NCBI GenBank assembly: GCA_018668635.1
Contig: JABJCN010000157.1
Span: 170-64,169, forward strand
Direction of reading: 5' to 3'
DNA length: 64,000 nucleotides
DNA from: Opitutia bacterium
GTDB taxonomy: Bacteria; Verrucomicrobiota; Verrucomicrobiia; Opitutales; JABJCN01
The notes beneath the pieces were generated by a model. It did no database searches and was not told the origin of the DNA. It saw only the letters and a list, made by a program, of their open reading frames with translations. The number at the start of each line of letters is the position of its first letter. The stretch's first letter is position 1. Shown here in pieces: positions 8,128-17,181 of this stretch. Both the position numbers and the translations under genes were made by a program.

Positions 8128-10034
8128 TCGGCTTCCAATATCTCGATTGAAGTAAAGGCGGAACTTGTGCCTTTTACGTAGGGCCCGAAGTAGCGGATTT
8201 GCTTGATGTCTTCCGGAAGGGGAAAGGCGAGAGTCCGTCCGTTGATGGTGGCGGATACGGAACCTTTGGCGAGATCGACAGCCAAGGTGAGTTCAAAGCT
8301 GGAATCCTTTTTAGCCAGCATGGAGTTTTTGGTTCCACCCGAAACATTTTCCCAAGACCCATGAAAGAGAACGTGGGCGTTCATTCCGATGGCCGTGCCT
8401 GCCTTGAGCAGCGAGTCATTATTGGGGGTGTCCCCAAAGGCGATGGCGGCATTCTTCGTATTTCCAGAGGCAAGCGACTTGTAAGATGTCTTGAGCACCA
8501 GCTTACGGGTGGCAGGTTCGGGCAATTCATGGAGGGCGATTGCCTCACCTGAACTAGTAAGGGCGTGGGAGAGGATGGTGTCCCTGTGCTTGGAGGCAGT
8601 TCCGCCCTTAACAATGGCGTAGATTCCGCCGGTTTCATCGTCGCCTTTGGGCAAAAGCCCGGATTTCTTCAGTTTTCTTGGTTTGCCGCGTGGCGCTTCG
8701 TTCTTCCACCACTTGCTGGGTCCCTCCTTTTCTATCTGGGTGTGCACTTCCAGCAGTTTCTGCTTCATTTGCGCAAGTTTCTCTGGATTGGATTCCGCGA
8801 GGTCGTGCTTTTCCTGCCAGTCGTTCTCAATGTGATAGAGTTGGAACTTCTCAAGGGTTTCGTTGCCGAGAATCTTCCATTCTCCGTCCCTCAAGGCGAC
8901 GTGAATATTGGAACGAGCCAAGTGATTGCGCCAGTAAAGCGGCACGGGACGCTTGAGCGGTTTTCCCGCGAAGACGGGTCGAATGTCGACCCCGTCAATG
9001 GTGCGATCATCGGGCAGGGGAATGCCGGCGACTGCCAGTATGGTGGAGAAAATATCGGACCCAATGATGGGTGTGGCGCTGGTGCTTCCTGCGGGGACAT
9101 TGCCGGGCCAGCGAACAATGCCCGGCACTCGGATGCCTCCCTCGTGCGATGAACGCTTCCGTTCGCGGAGACCGCCGGTGGAACCGCGGGTGCGTCCTTT
9201 CAGGCCATTTCCCTCGGGGCCGTTGTCGGAAGTGAAGATGACGAAGGTGTTTTCAGTTTCGCCGAGCTCGTCCAGGGCCTTCATCAGGTTGCCAAAGGCA
9301 TGGTCGATTTGCGTAACGTTCCCGTGATGCTGGCGAATGCCTTCGTCGTCGAACTTCCTGTACAATTCCATGAACTTGGGGTCGGACTCAATCGGGAGAT
9401 GAGGTTCGTGGGTCCAGACGTTAAGGAAGAATGGTTTCTTGGAGTCCCGCTTCTCTTTCAGCCAGCGTATGCCTTCCTCCACCACCAATGGTGCGGAATA
9501 GCCTTTCAATTCGCCCACCTCCTTGCCGTTACGGACAAAGTTGCGCGGATTGCGGTGGTTGGGGGCGGCGTTGTTCTGGGTGGCCATCCAGTGGTCGAAG
9601 CCGTGGGCGTCGGGTTGTGGTTGGTCCTTGCTGTTGAACTTGCCGTTGAGGTGCCATTTGCCGACGTGACAGGTCTCGTAACCCTTTTCCTTCAAGAGTT
9701 CGGCTGAAGTGATCTCGCTGGTTCGCAGGTGGACTTGATGTCCTCCTGGTATCCAACGCCAGACGCCGTTGCGGTATGGGGTTCTGCCCGTCAGGATGGA
9801 GGAACGGGAGGGAGAGCATACCCCGCAGGCGGAATAGCTCTGGGTGAAGCGCATCCCCTGTTTGGCGAACTTGTCGAGATTGGGAGTCTGTATCACCGGA
9901 TGCCCGTAGCAGGCGAGGTCTCCCCAACCCAGGTCGTCGGTCAGGAATACAACGAAATTGGAAGGTTTCTTCTTCGCCTGCATCAAGCAGGAGAAGGCGA
10001 TACAGAAAAGAAGAGGGATCCGATTTTTAATCAT
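8124..10034 (-). CDS. Sulfatase (Cys-type, arylsulfatase A-like) with a C-terminal extension of about 190 aa
   Basis: FVVFLTDDLGWGDL, CSPSRSSILTGR (CxPxR), FTSDNGPEG. aa ~440-636 form an extra domain with no motif I recognise. The ATG overlaps the upstream stop (ATGA at 10031..10034). Confidence 0.85.
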   Translation of the reverse strand: MIKNRIPLLFCIAFSCLMQAKKKPSNFVVFLTDDLGWGDLACYGHPVIQTPNLDKFAKQGMRFTQSYSACGVCSPSRSSILTGRTPYRNGVWRWIPGGHQVHLRTSEITSAELLKEKGYETCHVGKWHLNGKFNSKDQPQPDAHGFDHWMATQNNAAPNHRNPRNFVRNGKEVGELKGYSAPLVVEEGIRWLKEKRDSKKPFFLNVWTHEPHLPIESDPKFMELYRKFDDEGIRQHHGNVTQIDHAFGNLMKALDELGETENTFVIFTSDNGPEGNGLKGRTRGSTGGLRERKRSSHEGGIRVPGIVRWPGNVPAGSTSATPIIGSDIFSTILAVAGIPLPDDRTIDGVDIRPVFAGKPLKRPVPLYWRNHLARSNIHVALRDGEWKILGNETLEKFQLYHIENDWQEKHDLAESNPEKLAQMKQKLLEVHTQIEKEGPSKWWKNEAPRGKPRKLKKSGLLPKGDDETGGIYAIVKGGTASKHRDTILSHALTSSGEAIALHELPEPATRKLVLKTSYKSLASGNTKNAAIAFGDTPNNDSLLKAGTAIGMNAHVLFHGSWENVSGGTKNSMLAKKDSSFELTLAVDLAKGSVSATINGRTLAFPLPEDIKQIRYFGPYVKGTSSAFTSIEILEAD

Positions 10035-10978
10035 ATTCCAGTGACGGCTTTGAGCTTCTTGCGCACCATGGCGGCCTGCTTGCCCTCAATGACCTGCCAG
10101 CAGGCCAAGCCATTGCCCACGAGTTCGTACTCGTCGAATTCCCAGACGATCTTCTTGTCGCGGGTGATCTCAAAGATTTGCGGGTTGTCAGGACCGGCGT
10201 GGCAGTTGCCCACGATGAAGTTGCCGTTCTCGCGCTCCTGCAGGCAGGTCATCCACTTGAGGTTGACCTCGGTGCCGGGCACCTTGCCCTTGATTTCCCA
10301 GACCACTTCCTTCTTCGGGTTGACCTCGACCACGCTGTTGCCGCTGCCGGATGCTATCAATGTATTGCCGTTCTTCAGGCGCATGGCTCCGTAGACGCGG
10401 GTATTGATGAGGTAGTCCCAGACCACCTTGCCGTCCTTTACATCATATTCCGTGACCACACCGGGGCGCTCAGAGCAAATCAAATAGGTTCCCTTGTCTG
10501 TGCCCCGGGCCCAGCGGGACTCCTTTGTGCCACCTTCCTTCATTGCAAACTGGTGCTGGATATTACCTTTCTTGTCGACTTCGATGACTCGACCCACGCC
10601 GCTCTCCACGATGCGGGTGTTACCGTTGGGCAGACGAGCGAATGCATGGACATGGACCCGCTTCCCTTTGTTGCCGTTGCTGTTGGCGCAGTCGTATTTC
10701 CAGACAACCTTCTTGTCCAGGGTGATTTCCTTGAGGGTTGTCCATGTGTCATGAAAAAGGATGTTGCCGTTGGGTAGCAAGTGTATGTCATGGTGACCGG
10801 TGTGACCGCGTTGCGGTCCGGCCGTCTTATGGGACCAGAGGACATCGCCCTTGGCATCGGTAATGGCGATTATGTTCTTACCGTAGGAGGCGCCGACGAG
10901 GACAAGACGCTCCGCCTTGACGCTGAGGCAGACCAGGCTGAACAGGATGGACGTGAGAATGATGTGTGTTATTTTCAT
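10031..10978 (-). CDS. Secreted beta-propeller repeat protein (PQQ-like/NHL-like), function unknown
   Basis: Signal peptide MKITHIILTSILFSLVCLSVKA. Recurrent V(V)W(E/D/K)... and NGN(T/I)L blade-like motifs (DVLWSH, KVVWKY, KVVWDY, EVVWEI, KIVWEF). First gene of a four-gene overlapping operon. Confidence 0.5.
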   Translation of the reverse strand: MKITHIILTSILFSLVCLSVKAERLVLVGASYGKNIIAITDAKGDVLWSHKTAGPQRGHTGHHDIHLLPNGNILFHDTWTTLKEITLDKKVVWKYDCANSNGNKGKRVHVHAFARLPNGNTRIVESGVGRVIEVDKKGNIQHQFAMKEGGTKESRWARGTDKGTYLICSERPGVVTEYDVKDGKVVWDYLINTRVYGAMRLKNGNTLIASGSGNSVVEVNPKKEVVWEIKGKVPGTEVNLKWMTCLQERENGNFIVGNCHAGPDNPQIFEITRDKKIVWEFDEYELVGNGLACWQVIEGKQAAMVRKKLKAVTGI

Positions 10979-11104
10979 TGTGTGTCTGGTGATGATTAAA
11001 AAGCGGTTCTGAATAGTTTGTAAGTTGCGTGTTCGGGGTCATCCGGGTCAAGTCGATAATGGATTGGGTCGCAATCGTTCATTTGTAACTCAAGTCATTG
11101 CCGA

Positions 11105-14100
11105 CTACGGTTTGTCTCTTACAGGCCTGACAAACCTGTCATTCCAGACAGGCCCCCATCCTTGGGCTCCAGGCATGAAATAGATAGTGGCAGGGGAATT
11201 CCTGAAAACATCCACTGCCGCCGGGATGCCTTTACCAAGGACTTTCACGCTTTTGAGGTTGCTGCAGTCGCTGAACGCTGCAGTTCCAATACCGGTGACA
11301 CTTTCACCGATCGTTACCTCCTTCAGGCCTGTGCATTCACTGAACGTAGATACACCGATAGTGATGACCCCCTTGGGAATAGTGATACCGGTTAATTTAG
11401 TGCACTTGCGGAAGGCTTGGTTTCCAATGCTGGTAATACTGTCAGGTATAGTGATGGAGGTCAGGCTGGCGCATTCACTGAAGGCATTTGTCCCAATGCC
11501 TGTAACGCCATCGGGAATGGTGACAACCTCCAGTCCCTTGCAGCGATGGAAGGCATGATTCCCGATAGTTGTGACTCCGTCAGGGATGGAATAGGATTGG
11601 CTTTTCCCTTCCGGGCACCGGATCAGGTTTGTCCTGGCCTTGTTGAAAAGTATCCCGTCCTGGCTGGAGTAAGTGGGATTGTTTCCCTCAACATTAATAG
11701 CAACAAGTCTGAGGCAATCGTCAAAGGCATTGGCGGCGATACTGGTAGTCCCCATGGGGACGTTGACGTTTTTCAGTCCGTTACAACCATAAAAGGCCCG
11801 GGAACCAATTCTTTTGGCACTTACCGGTAAATGGACGGTTTGCAGTGAACTCTTGTTCTGGAATGAATGGTCCCCGATGTCAGTGACTCCCTCGGCAAAA
11901 ATGATTTCAATGACAGCATTTGTCCCCAGAAGATCGTTGTCGATCCATTCGGTGTAAGCCGTGTTAACGGCGGGAACCATGATTCTCACGCTTGTTAATC
12001 CGCTACAGCCAAAAAATTGTGACAAGGTTGATCCTGTCGAAGAAGTGTGTGCTGTGGAGATGGCATGGTTCAGACCTGCAGGGATTGTCACGCTTGTCAG
12101 GTTTCCGCATGAAGCGAAAGCTCCCGGACCCAGTGTGATCACAGTTTCCGGAATCGAAAATTCCTTTAGTCTTGTGCAACCGCTGAATGCGTAACTACCA
12201 ATGTTGGTTACTGCCTTGCCCAGAGTGACCCCGGTAAGGCCGTTGCATCCCCTGAAGGCATGATCCTGGATTGTTGTCACTGGATCGGGAATATTGAGAC
12301 TCGTCAGTCCGGAACATTCCCTGAAGGCCTCTTTGCCTATGGAAGTGAGCTTTTCGGGGAATGACAGGTTGGCGAGGGAGGTGCATCCGTAAAATGCACT
12401 GTTGCCAATGTGGGTGAGGCTTTCTGGGAATGTGAGGCTGACAAGGGTGGTGCAGTCCCTAAAGGTGCTGTCGCCAATGGCCGTCACACCTTCACTGAAA
12501 ATGATCTCCGTGATACTTGTTGTTTTCAGCTTCTCACTGCCAATCCAGTCCGTGTAGCTTGTGCTGACGCTGGGAACCTTGATCGTCACACTTCTTAATC
12601 CGCTGCATTCGAAAAATGGTGAAAGGATGGCTCCTCCTGAAGAGTTTTCCGACGTGGAGATGGCATGGTTCAGGCCTGCCGGGATTGTCACTCTTTCCAG
12701 ATTCCTGCAGGAAGCAAAGGCTCCCGGGCCAAGGGTCGTGAGCGTTTCCGGAATTGCCAACTCTTTAAGTTCGGTGCAACCACTGAATGCGTATCTGCCA
12801 ATGCTGGTGACTGTGTTCCCCAGTCTAACCTGGGTGAGACCGGCACATCCAGCAAATGCATGATCTGCAATTGCTGTCACCGGGTCGGGAATGTTCAGGC
12901 TCGTCAACCCGGCGCATTTCCTGAAGGCACCTTTGCCAATGGCAGCGAGTTTACCGGGAAATGTCAGGCCGGTTAAACGTGTGCAACCATGGAAGGCACT
13001 ATTGCCAATGGACGTCAATCTGGAGGGAAGCAACAAACTGGTCAGTGCTGAGCAATCTTGAAAAGCTCCATTACCAATGCTGGTTGCCTTGTCGTTAAGA
13101 TCCACGCTTTCAAGACTCTTGCAGTCATAAAATGTGTAACTACCAATGCCCAGTACGCCGGCGGGAATTCTAACGCCTACAAGCTTTTCACAGGAGGCAA
13201 ATGCAAATATCCCTATACTACTGACAGTCTGCGGGATGGTAACGGTATTCATCATGGAACATTCACGGAAGGCATAATTCCCGATGGTGGTGACCCCCTC
13301 CGGGATGTTGACAGAGGTAAGCTTGCTACATCGATAAAATGCGGAATCCGAGATGTGGGTGACTTTTGCTGGAACCTGATAGGCTCCATCCCTGCCCTGT
13401 GGGCATCTAAGCAACGACTGTCTGGCCTTGTTAATCAGCACCCCATTTTCACTCGAGAAGGTGCGGTTCTTTTCCGATACAGTGATGCTTGTCAGGCTCG
13501 GGCAATCATCAAAGGCTGAATTCGCAATGCTGTTGACGACAGGAGGAATGGTGATGCCTCTTAAGTTGGTGCAATATTGAAACGCTCTCTGCTGGATATA
13601 GACGAGGCTGTCTGGCAGCTCCAGGTTGGTCAGACTCCTGCAGCCGTAGAATGCTCCATCCCCGATCCCGGTGAGACCGGATCCAATCATCACGCTTTCC
13701 AGGTTTTCACACCCGTAAAAAGCATACTTGCCGATGCTTGTCACCTTGTCGGGGATCTTTAGGCGTACCAGGCTTTTGCAACCGTAAAATGCCCCATCCC
13801 CGATACTTGTGACACTCTCCGGGATCACGAGTGTCGTTACGCCATCGGGAATGGCATTTCCATCCTTTAATTGATCGGGGAGGGTGTTGCCATCAGAAAC
13901 CAGCGATCCAATTCTACCAACCGGAAACCCGGCAATTGTATCAGGCAGGACCACTATGCCGCTTGCCTTGCACTCAATGATAGAAACGAGGTTCCCGCTT
14001 ACCTCCCATTTGAAATCAGCAAACGGGTTTGGCTTTAATTGACTGAGGTCAATTTCATCGGGTTGCTTTACTTTACCGGTTTCCCCGGATTCATCAGGTT

Positions 14101-14245
14101 GCTTAGGCTTACCTGTTGGTTCCGCATTGTCGGGGTGTTCCACCTTGTCGGGTTGCTTCTTTTCCGCAGGACCGCATCCAATAAAAGGAAGTGAGATGCC
14201 AAGTGAAAGTCCTATGGCAAGTATGTGGGATTTGCCGTTTTGCAT
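11105..14245 (-). CDS. BspA-type leucine-rich-repeat (LRR_5) surface lipoprotein
   Basis: Lipobox LPFIGC. There are dozens of ~23-aa units such as IP..VTSIG..AF..C..L. An N-terminal low-complexity stretch repeats KPKQPDE/KVKQPDE. Confidence 0.8.
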   Translation of the reverse strand: MQNGKSHILAIGLSLGISLPFIGCGPAEKKQPDKVEHPDNAEPTGKPKQPDESGETGKVKQPDEIDLSQLKPNPFADFKWEVSGNLVSIIECKASGIVVLPDTIAGFPVGRIGSLVSDGNTLPDQLKDGNAIPDGVTTLVIPESVTSIGDGAFYGCKSLVRLKIPDKVTSIGKYAFYGCENLESVMIGSGLTGIGDGAFYGCRSLTNLELPDSLVYIQQRAFQYCTNLRGITIPPVVNSIANSAFDDCPSLTSITVSEKNRTFSSENGVLINKARQSLLRCPQGRDGAYQVPAKVTHISDSAFYRCSKLTSVNIPEGVTTIGNYAFRECSMMNTVTIPQTVSSIGIFAFASCEKLVGVRIPAGVLGIGSYTFYDCKSLESVDLNDKATSIGNGAFQDCSALTSLLLPSRLTSIGNSAFHGCTRLTGLTFPGKLAAIGKGAFRKCAGLTSLNIPDPVTAIADHAFAGCAGLTQVRLGNTVTSIGRYAFSGCTELKELAIPETLTTLGPGAFASCRNLERVTIPAGLNHAISTSENSSGGAILSPFFECSGLRSVTIKVPSVSTSYTDWIGSEKLKTTSITEIIFSEGVTAIGDSTFRDCTTLVSLTFPESLTHIGNSAFYGCTSLANLSFPEKLTSIGKEAFRECSGLTSLNIPDPVTTIQDHAFRGCNGLTGVTLGKAVTNIGSYAFSGCTRLKEFSIPETVITLGPGAFASCGNLTSVTIPAGLNHAISTAHTSSTGSTLSQFFGCSGLTSVRIMVPAVNTAYTEWIDNDLLGTNAVIEIIFAEGVTDIGDHSFQNKSSLQTVHLPVSAKRIGSRAFYGCNGLKNVNVPMGTTSIAANAFDDCLRLVAINVEGNNPTYSSQDGILFNKARTNLIRCPEGKSQSYSIPDGVTTIGNHAFHRCKGLEVVTIPDGVTGIGTNAFSECASLTSITIPDSITSIGNQAFRKCTKLTGITIPKGVITIGVSTFSECTGLKEVTIGESVTGIGTAAFSDCSNLKSVKVLGKGIPAAVDVFRNSPATIYFMPGAQGWGPVWNDRFVRPVRDKP
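11830..13030 (-). repeat. Tandem intragenic duplication, 2 x ~600 nt (about 200 aa, 8 LRR units each) in the LRR gene
   Basis: Protein blocks LTFPGKLAAIGKGAFRKCAGLTSLNIPDPVTAI... and LSFPEKLTSIGKEAFRECSGLTSLNIPDPVTTI... align end to end. Shadow ORFs 11961.. and 12561.. share MAWFRPAGIVTL at an offset of exactly 600 nt. Confidence 0.8.
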
Positions 14246-14257
14246 GATAGTAGCTCG

Positions 14258-16045
14258 TTATTTTGTCAGCATGTTTATGGGGGTAAAGTCTAGTTTCTGG
14301 AACTCAACCACGGCGCCTTCCGCCTGCAGGGCGATCCGGCCCTTTGTTGCTGTGCAGTTGTACCCGTGATTAACAAAGTCGCCGTTGATCCAGACCTTGA
14401 TCTCGTCGCCAACTGCCTCGACAACCATTCTGTTCCATTCCCCGGGAGGCTTTTCAGAGTCATCTGTCAAGTTCAGGATGCGCCGGGCCTTGCCCTCGGT
14501 GATACCCCATTTTTCCTTTGCGCCGCGTCGCTTGACCATGTCAGGTACTGTAATATTCTCCACGATGCACCAGAAGTCCCCTGCATGCCGGTGGTTCATC
14601 TGCACCTCGATGGACTTGGGGAACATCTTGTAGAGCGCACGGGGTTTGGAAGAGTGGATAAGAACACCGCAGTTCCCCGGTTTGCCGGTGAACCGATACT
14701 CAACCTCGATTCGATAGTTCTGGTTAATCTCATCATGAACCAGATGTCCGTTGGGGTTTCCAAGGCTGACGAGCATTCCATTGCGGGCGATAAATGGAAC
14801 CTTGCCATCCGGGTTCTTGTCCAGTTGTGGAACATCGATCTTCCAGTTATTCAGGTTCTTGCCATTAAAAATGCTTCGGGTGCGTGGGGAAGGTAGTCCA
14901 TGCTTGTCATAGAGTCGCTGCCAGAACCCCTTCCAGTAATTGTCATAGTAGTCGTAGGCGGCCGTCTGAATGTGCGGAAGTTCCTTGACCTTGGGAGACG
15001 TTTCCGGGTTGAAACCCTTAAGATGTCCCTTTCCGGCACGTTCCCTTGGAGAAACAAACCTCCACTCATGGTCACCGAGGACTTCTTCACAAAGCTTTGC
15101 CAAAGGGGGATCATACTTCTTTAACTGGGCCCGTGTATGAATGTGGTTATGGTCGTGGTCCATAGTGCGGTTGGTGTTGTACCAGCATTGCACGCCTTCC
15201 GCCCAATATTCTGAACGGTTCCTTGATGCATAACATCGTTTCGGGCCACCAAAATTGATAAGGACCTTGTCTTCTTTATTGACTTTGACATTTGCATTGG
15301 AGGGTTTCCCATTCACGAGGATATCCCCTTTGTTTAGGCATTTTTTCAGTAACGCCGTTGATTCTTCCGGGAACCATTTCTTGAGGGCATCCAACAGGAG
15401 GACTTTCTTGCCCCCCTTTACCCGGCGAAACCGTTGTGCGGCCCTGCCATCATTCCAGATGCCCACTTCCTTGACCTGTTTAAATGCAGCACTCAGTTGA
15501 TCCTGTTGTTCCTTGCTAAAGCCTGCCCCGTGGATGACATGGCCAAATTCATGGATCAGGATGCTTTCAATCTGCATTCCACCCTCGTACTCAAGCACGT
15601 CCTCCTCAGTGAAGACAACCAGTGGGCGTTGGCCCACCCATTTTAGGAATCCACGATTCCGCCAATTGTAATAATCCAGTTCCTTTCCGGTCTTGTCGGT
15701 CTTGAAGTGGGGCAGGTCAGAAGTGAGTTCGTTGTGACCTATCAGGATGCACAGGGGTTTACGTTTCCGGATGCGCCCGGCAACTTCAGGGTCGATGGTC
15801 TCCATCATTTTCTTAAACAGGTAGGCTGTTTCAGCATGGGCGAGATCGGATACCTTGTTTGATGTGGCTACCAGGATATCCTCGACCATCGTTCCCTTGG
15901 TGTAGAAACCGGTGTCTAGCTTATAGGTTGATGCCTGTTTCGCCGTGATGGGCCTGGTGTTATGGGTTTCTGCAACTGCCCAAGGATTAAAGATTATAAG
16001 GCCCAGGGCCAATACTGCCGTTGAATAGATTGATATAGAGTTCAT
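14258..16045 (-). CDS. Secreted fusion: HExxH zinc-metallopeptidase-like domain plus C-terminal DUF1080 (3-keto-disaccharide hydrolase family) domain
   Basis: Signal peptide; HEFGHVIH with a downstream SEYWAEG (possible third ligand). The C-terminal part, from LFNGKNLNNWKI... to GRIALQAEGAVVEFQKLDF, is the DUF1080 signature. Confidence 0.6.
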   Translation of the reverse strand: MNSISIYSTAVLALGLIIFNPWAVAETHNTRPITAKQASTYKLDTGFYTKGTMVEDILVATSNKVSDLAHAETAYLFKKMMETIDPEVAGRIRKRKPLCILIGHNELTSDLPHFKTDKTGKELDYYNWRNRGFLKWVGQRPLVVFTEEDVLEYEGGMQIESILIHEFGHVIHGAGFSKEQQDQLSAAFKQVKEVGIWNDGRAAQRFRRVKGGKKVLLLDALKKWFPEESTALLKKCLNKGDILVNGKPSNANVKVNKEDKVLINFGGPKRCYASRNRSEYWAEGVQCWYNTNRTMDHDHNHIHTRAQLKKYDPPLAKLCEEVLGDHEWRFVSPRERAGKGHLKGFNPETSPKVKELPHIQTAAYDYYDNYWKGFWQRLYDKHGLPSPRTRSIFNGKNLNNWKIDVPQLDKNPDGKVPFIARNGMLVSLGNPNGHLVHDEINQNYRIEVEYRFTGKPGNCGVLIHSSKPRALYKMFPKSIEVQMNHRHAGDFWCIVENITVPDMVKRRGAKEKWGITEGKARRILNLTDDSEKPPGEWNRMVVEAVGDEIKVWINGDFVNHGYNCTATKGRIALQAEGAVVEFQKLDFTPINMLTK

Positions 16046-16125
16046 TTATTTCTTATGAGATGAATCACCTTCGCATTCACTTTTGACCTTGTCCATGCAG
16101 GAATATTAAAGAATCCCCTTGAGCC

Positions 16126-16154
16126 TTGACCGTGCAGAGCCTTTCTTTTCAATA
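16126..16154 (+). promoter_or_regulatory. Candidate sigma-70-type promoter (TTGACC-N17-TCAATA) ending 5 nt before the ATG at 16160
   Basis: Hexamers and 17-nt spacing read directly from the sequence. The position implies a near-leaderless mRNA. There is no experimental support, and PVC promoter consensus is poorly known. Confidence 0.25.
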
Positions 16155-16159
16155 CATTC

Positions 16160-17107
16160 ATGCACAAGCGATTCCACCAGCGCCTCTTTTTTAACCTTTC
16201 CCTCATCGTTTTTGGGTATGTGGCATTTTTTCTGGCGGGTTGTTCCGATTCAGAAATGAGTATGGGTTATCCCGATTACCCTGCAGAGGAGATGCCTAAG
16301 GCAATTGCTCAGGAAAATTTTGACTCCGGAGATTCCCTTGGTGGAGAGGTCGGGCAAGACGGGGCATTAGGAATCGATTCTGAAGTATCTGGAACTGCAG
16401 ATCGAAAGATCATTTATGTCACTGAAATCCGGTTGGTCCTCAAGGAGACTTCCTTCGAGGATTTCGAGAAGGATATCGCCAAACTTATCAAGGACAACAG
16501 TGCCTACCAGTCGGAGGTTACATTCAACCGCAATCGTGGTGAACGTCGCACGGGACGTTGGGTTGTGCGGGTGCCCGTTAACCTTTATCAGGCATTCCTG
16601 GTCGGTGTAAAGGACCTTGGAGTGCCTGAAGAGGTTCAGGAATCCGCCAGTGATGTCACGGCGGAGTATGTGGACCTTGTGGCCCGTATGGCCAACCAAA
16701 AGCGATTGGAACAACGCATCCTTAGCGTGCTGGACGAGGTACAGGGAAAGATTTCGGATGTCCTGGAGGTCGAGAAGCAACTGGCGCGTGTCCGGGAAAC
16801 TATTGAGCGGTTGGAAGGCAAAATGCGCTACATCAAGGACCGGGTGTCTATGACAACGGTTACCGTGCACGTGAGAGAGGACGAGGATTACCAACCACCA
16901 CAGGCCCTGTCCTTTGGCGGTAGCATTGTTGACGTCTGGCAAAACTCAATCGATGCTATGATTGCCTTTTCCAAAGGGGTTGTTCTCGCCCTGGTGGCCA
17001 TTGCTCCATGGTTGGTTGTCGTCATGCTGGTTGGATATGTTTTGTATCGTTTATTGCGTCGCATTGGCGTCAGGCGCCGGGAGTCAATCCCGCCAAAAGT
17101 CTCCTGA
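16160..17107 (+). CDS. DUF4349 domain-containing lipoprotein/membrane protein
   Basis: N-terminal lipobox-like FLAGC; RKIIYVTEIRLVL...; coiled-coil YVDLVARMANQKRLEQRIL...LEVEKQLARVRETIERLEG; C-terminal TM helices. This is the typical DUF4349 layout. Confidence 0.65.
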   Translation: MHKRFHQRLFFNLSLIVFGYVAFFLAGCSDSEMSMGYPDYPAEEMPKAIAQENFDSGDSLGGEVGQDGALGIDSEVSGTADRKIIYVTEIRLVLKETSFEDFEKDIAKLIKDNSAYQSEVTFNRNRGERRTGRWVVRVPVNLYQAFLVGVKDLGVPEEVQESASDVTAEYVDLVARMANQKRLEQRILSVLDEVQGKISDVLEVEKQLARVRETIERLEGKMRYIKDRVSMTTVTVHVREDEDYQPPQALSFGGSIVDVWQNSIDAMIAFSKGVVLALVAIAPWLVVVMLVGYVLYRLLRRIGVRRRESIPPKVS

Positions 17108-17181
17108 TTCAATTAAATGAGAAACGGGATTGCCCCCATATGCTTGCGGGAATTATTCGCATCATTCAAATCTGTTAATAT

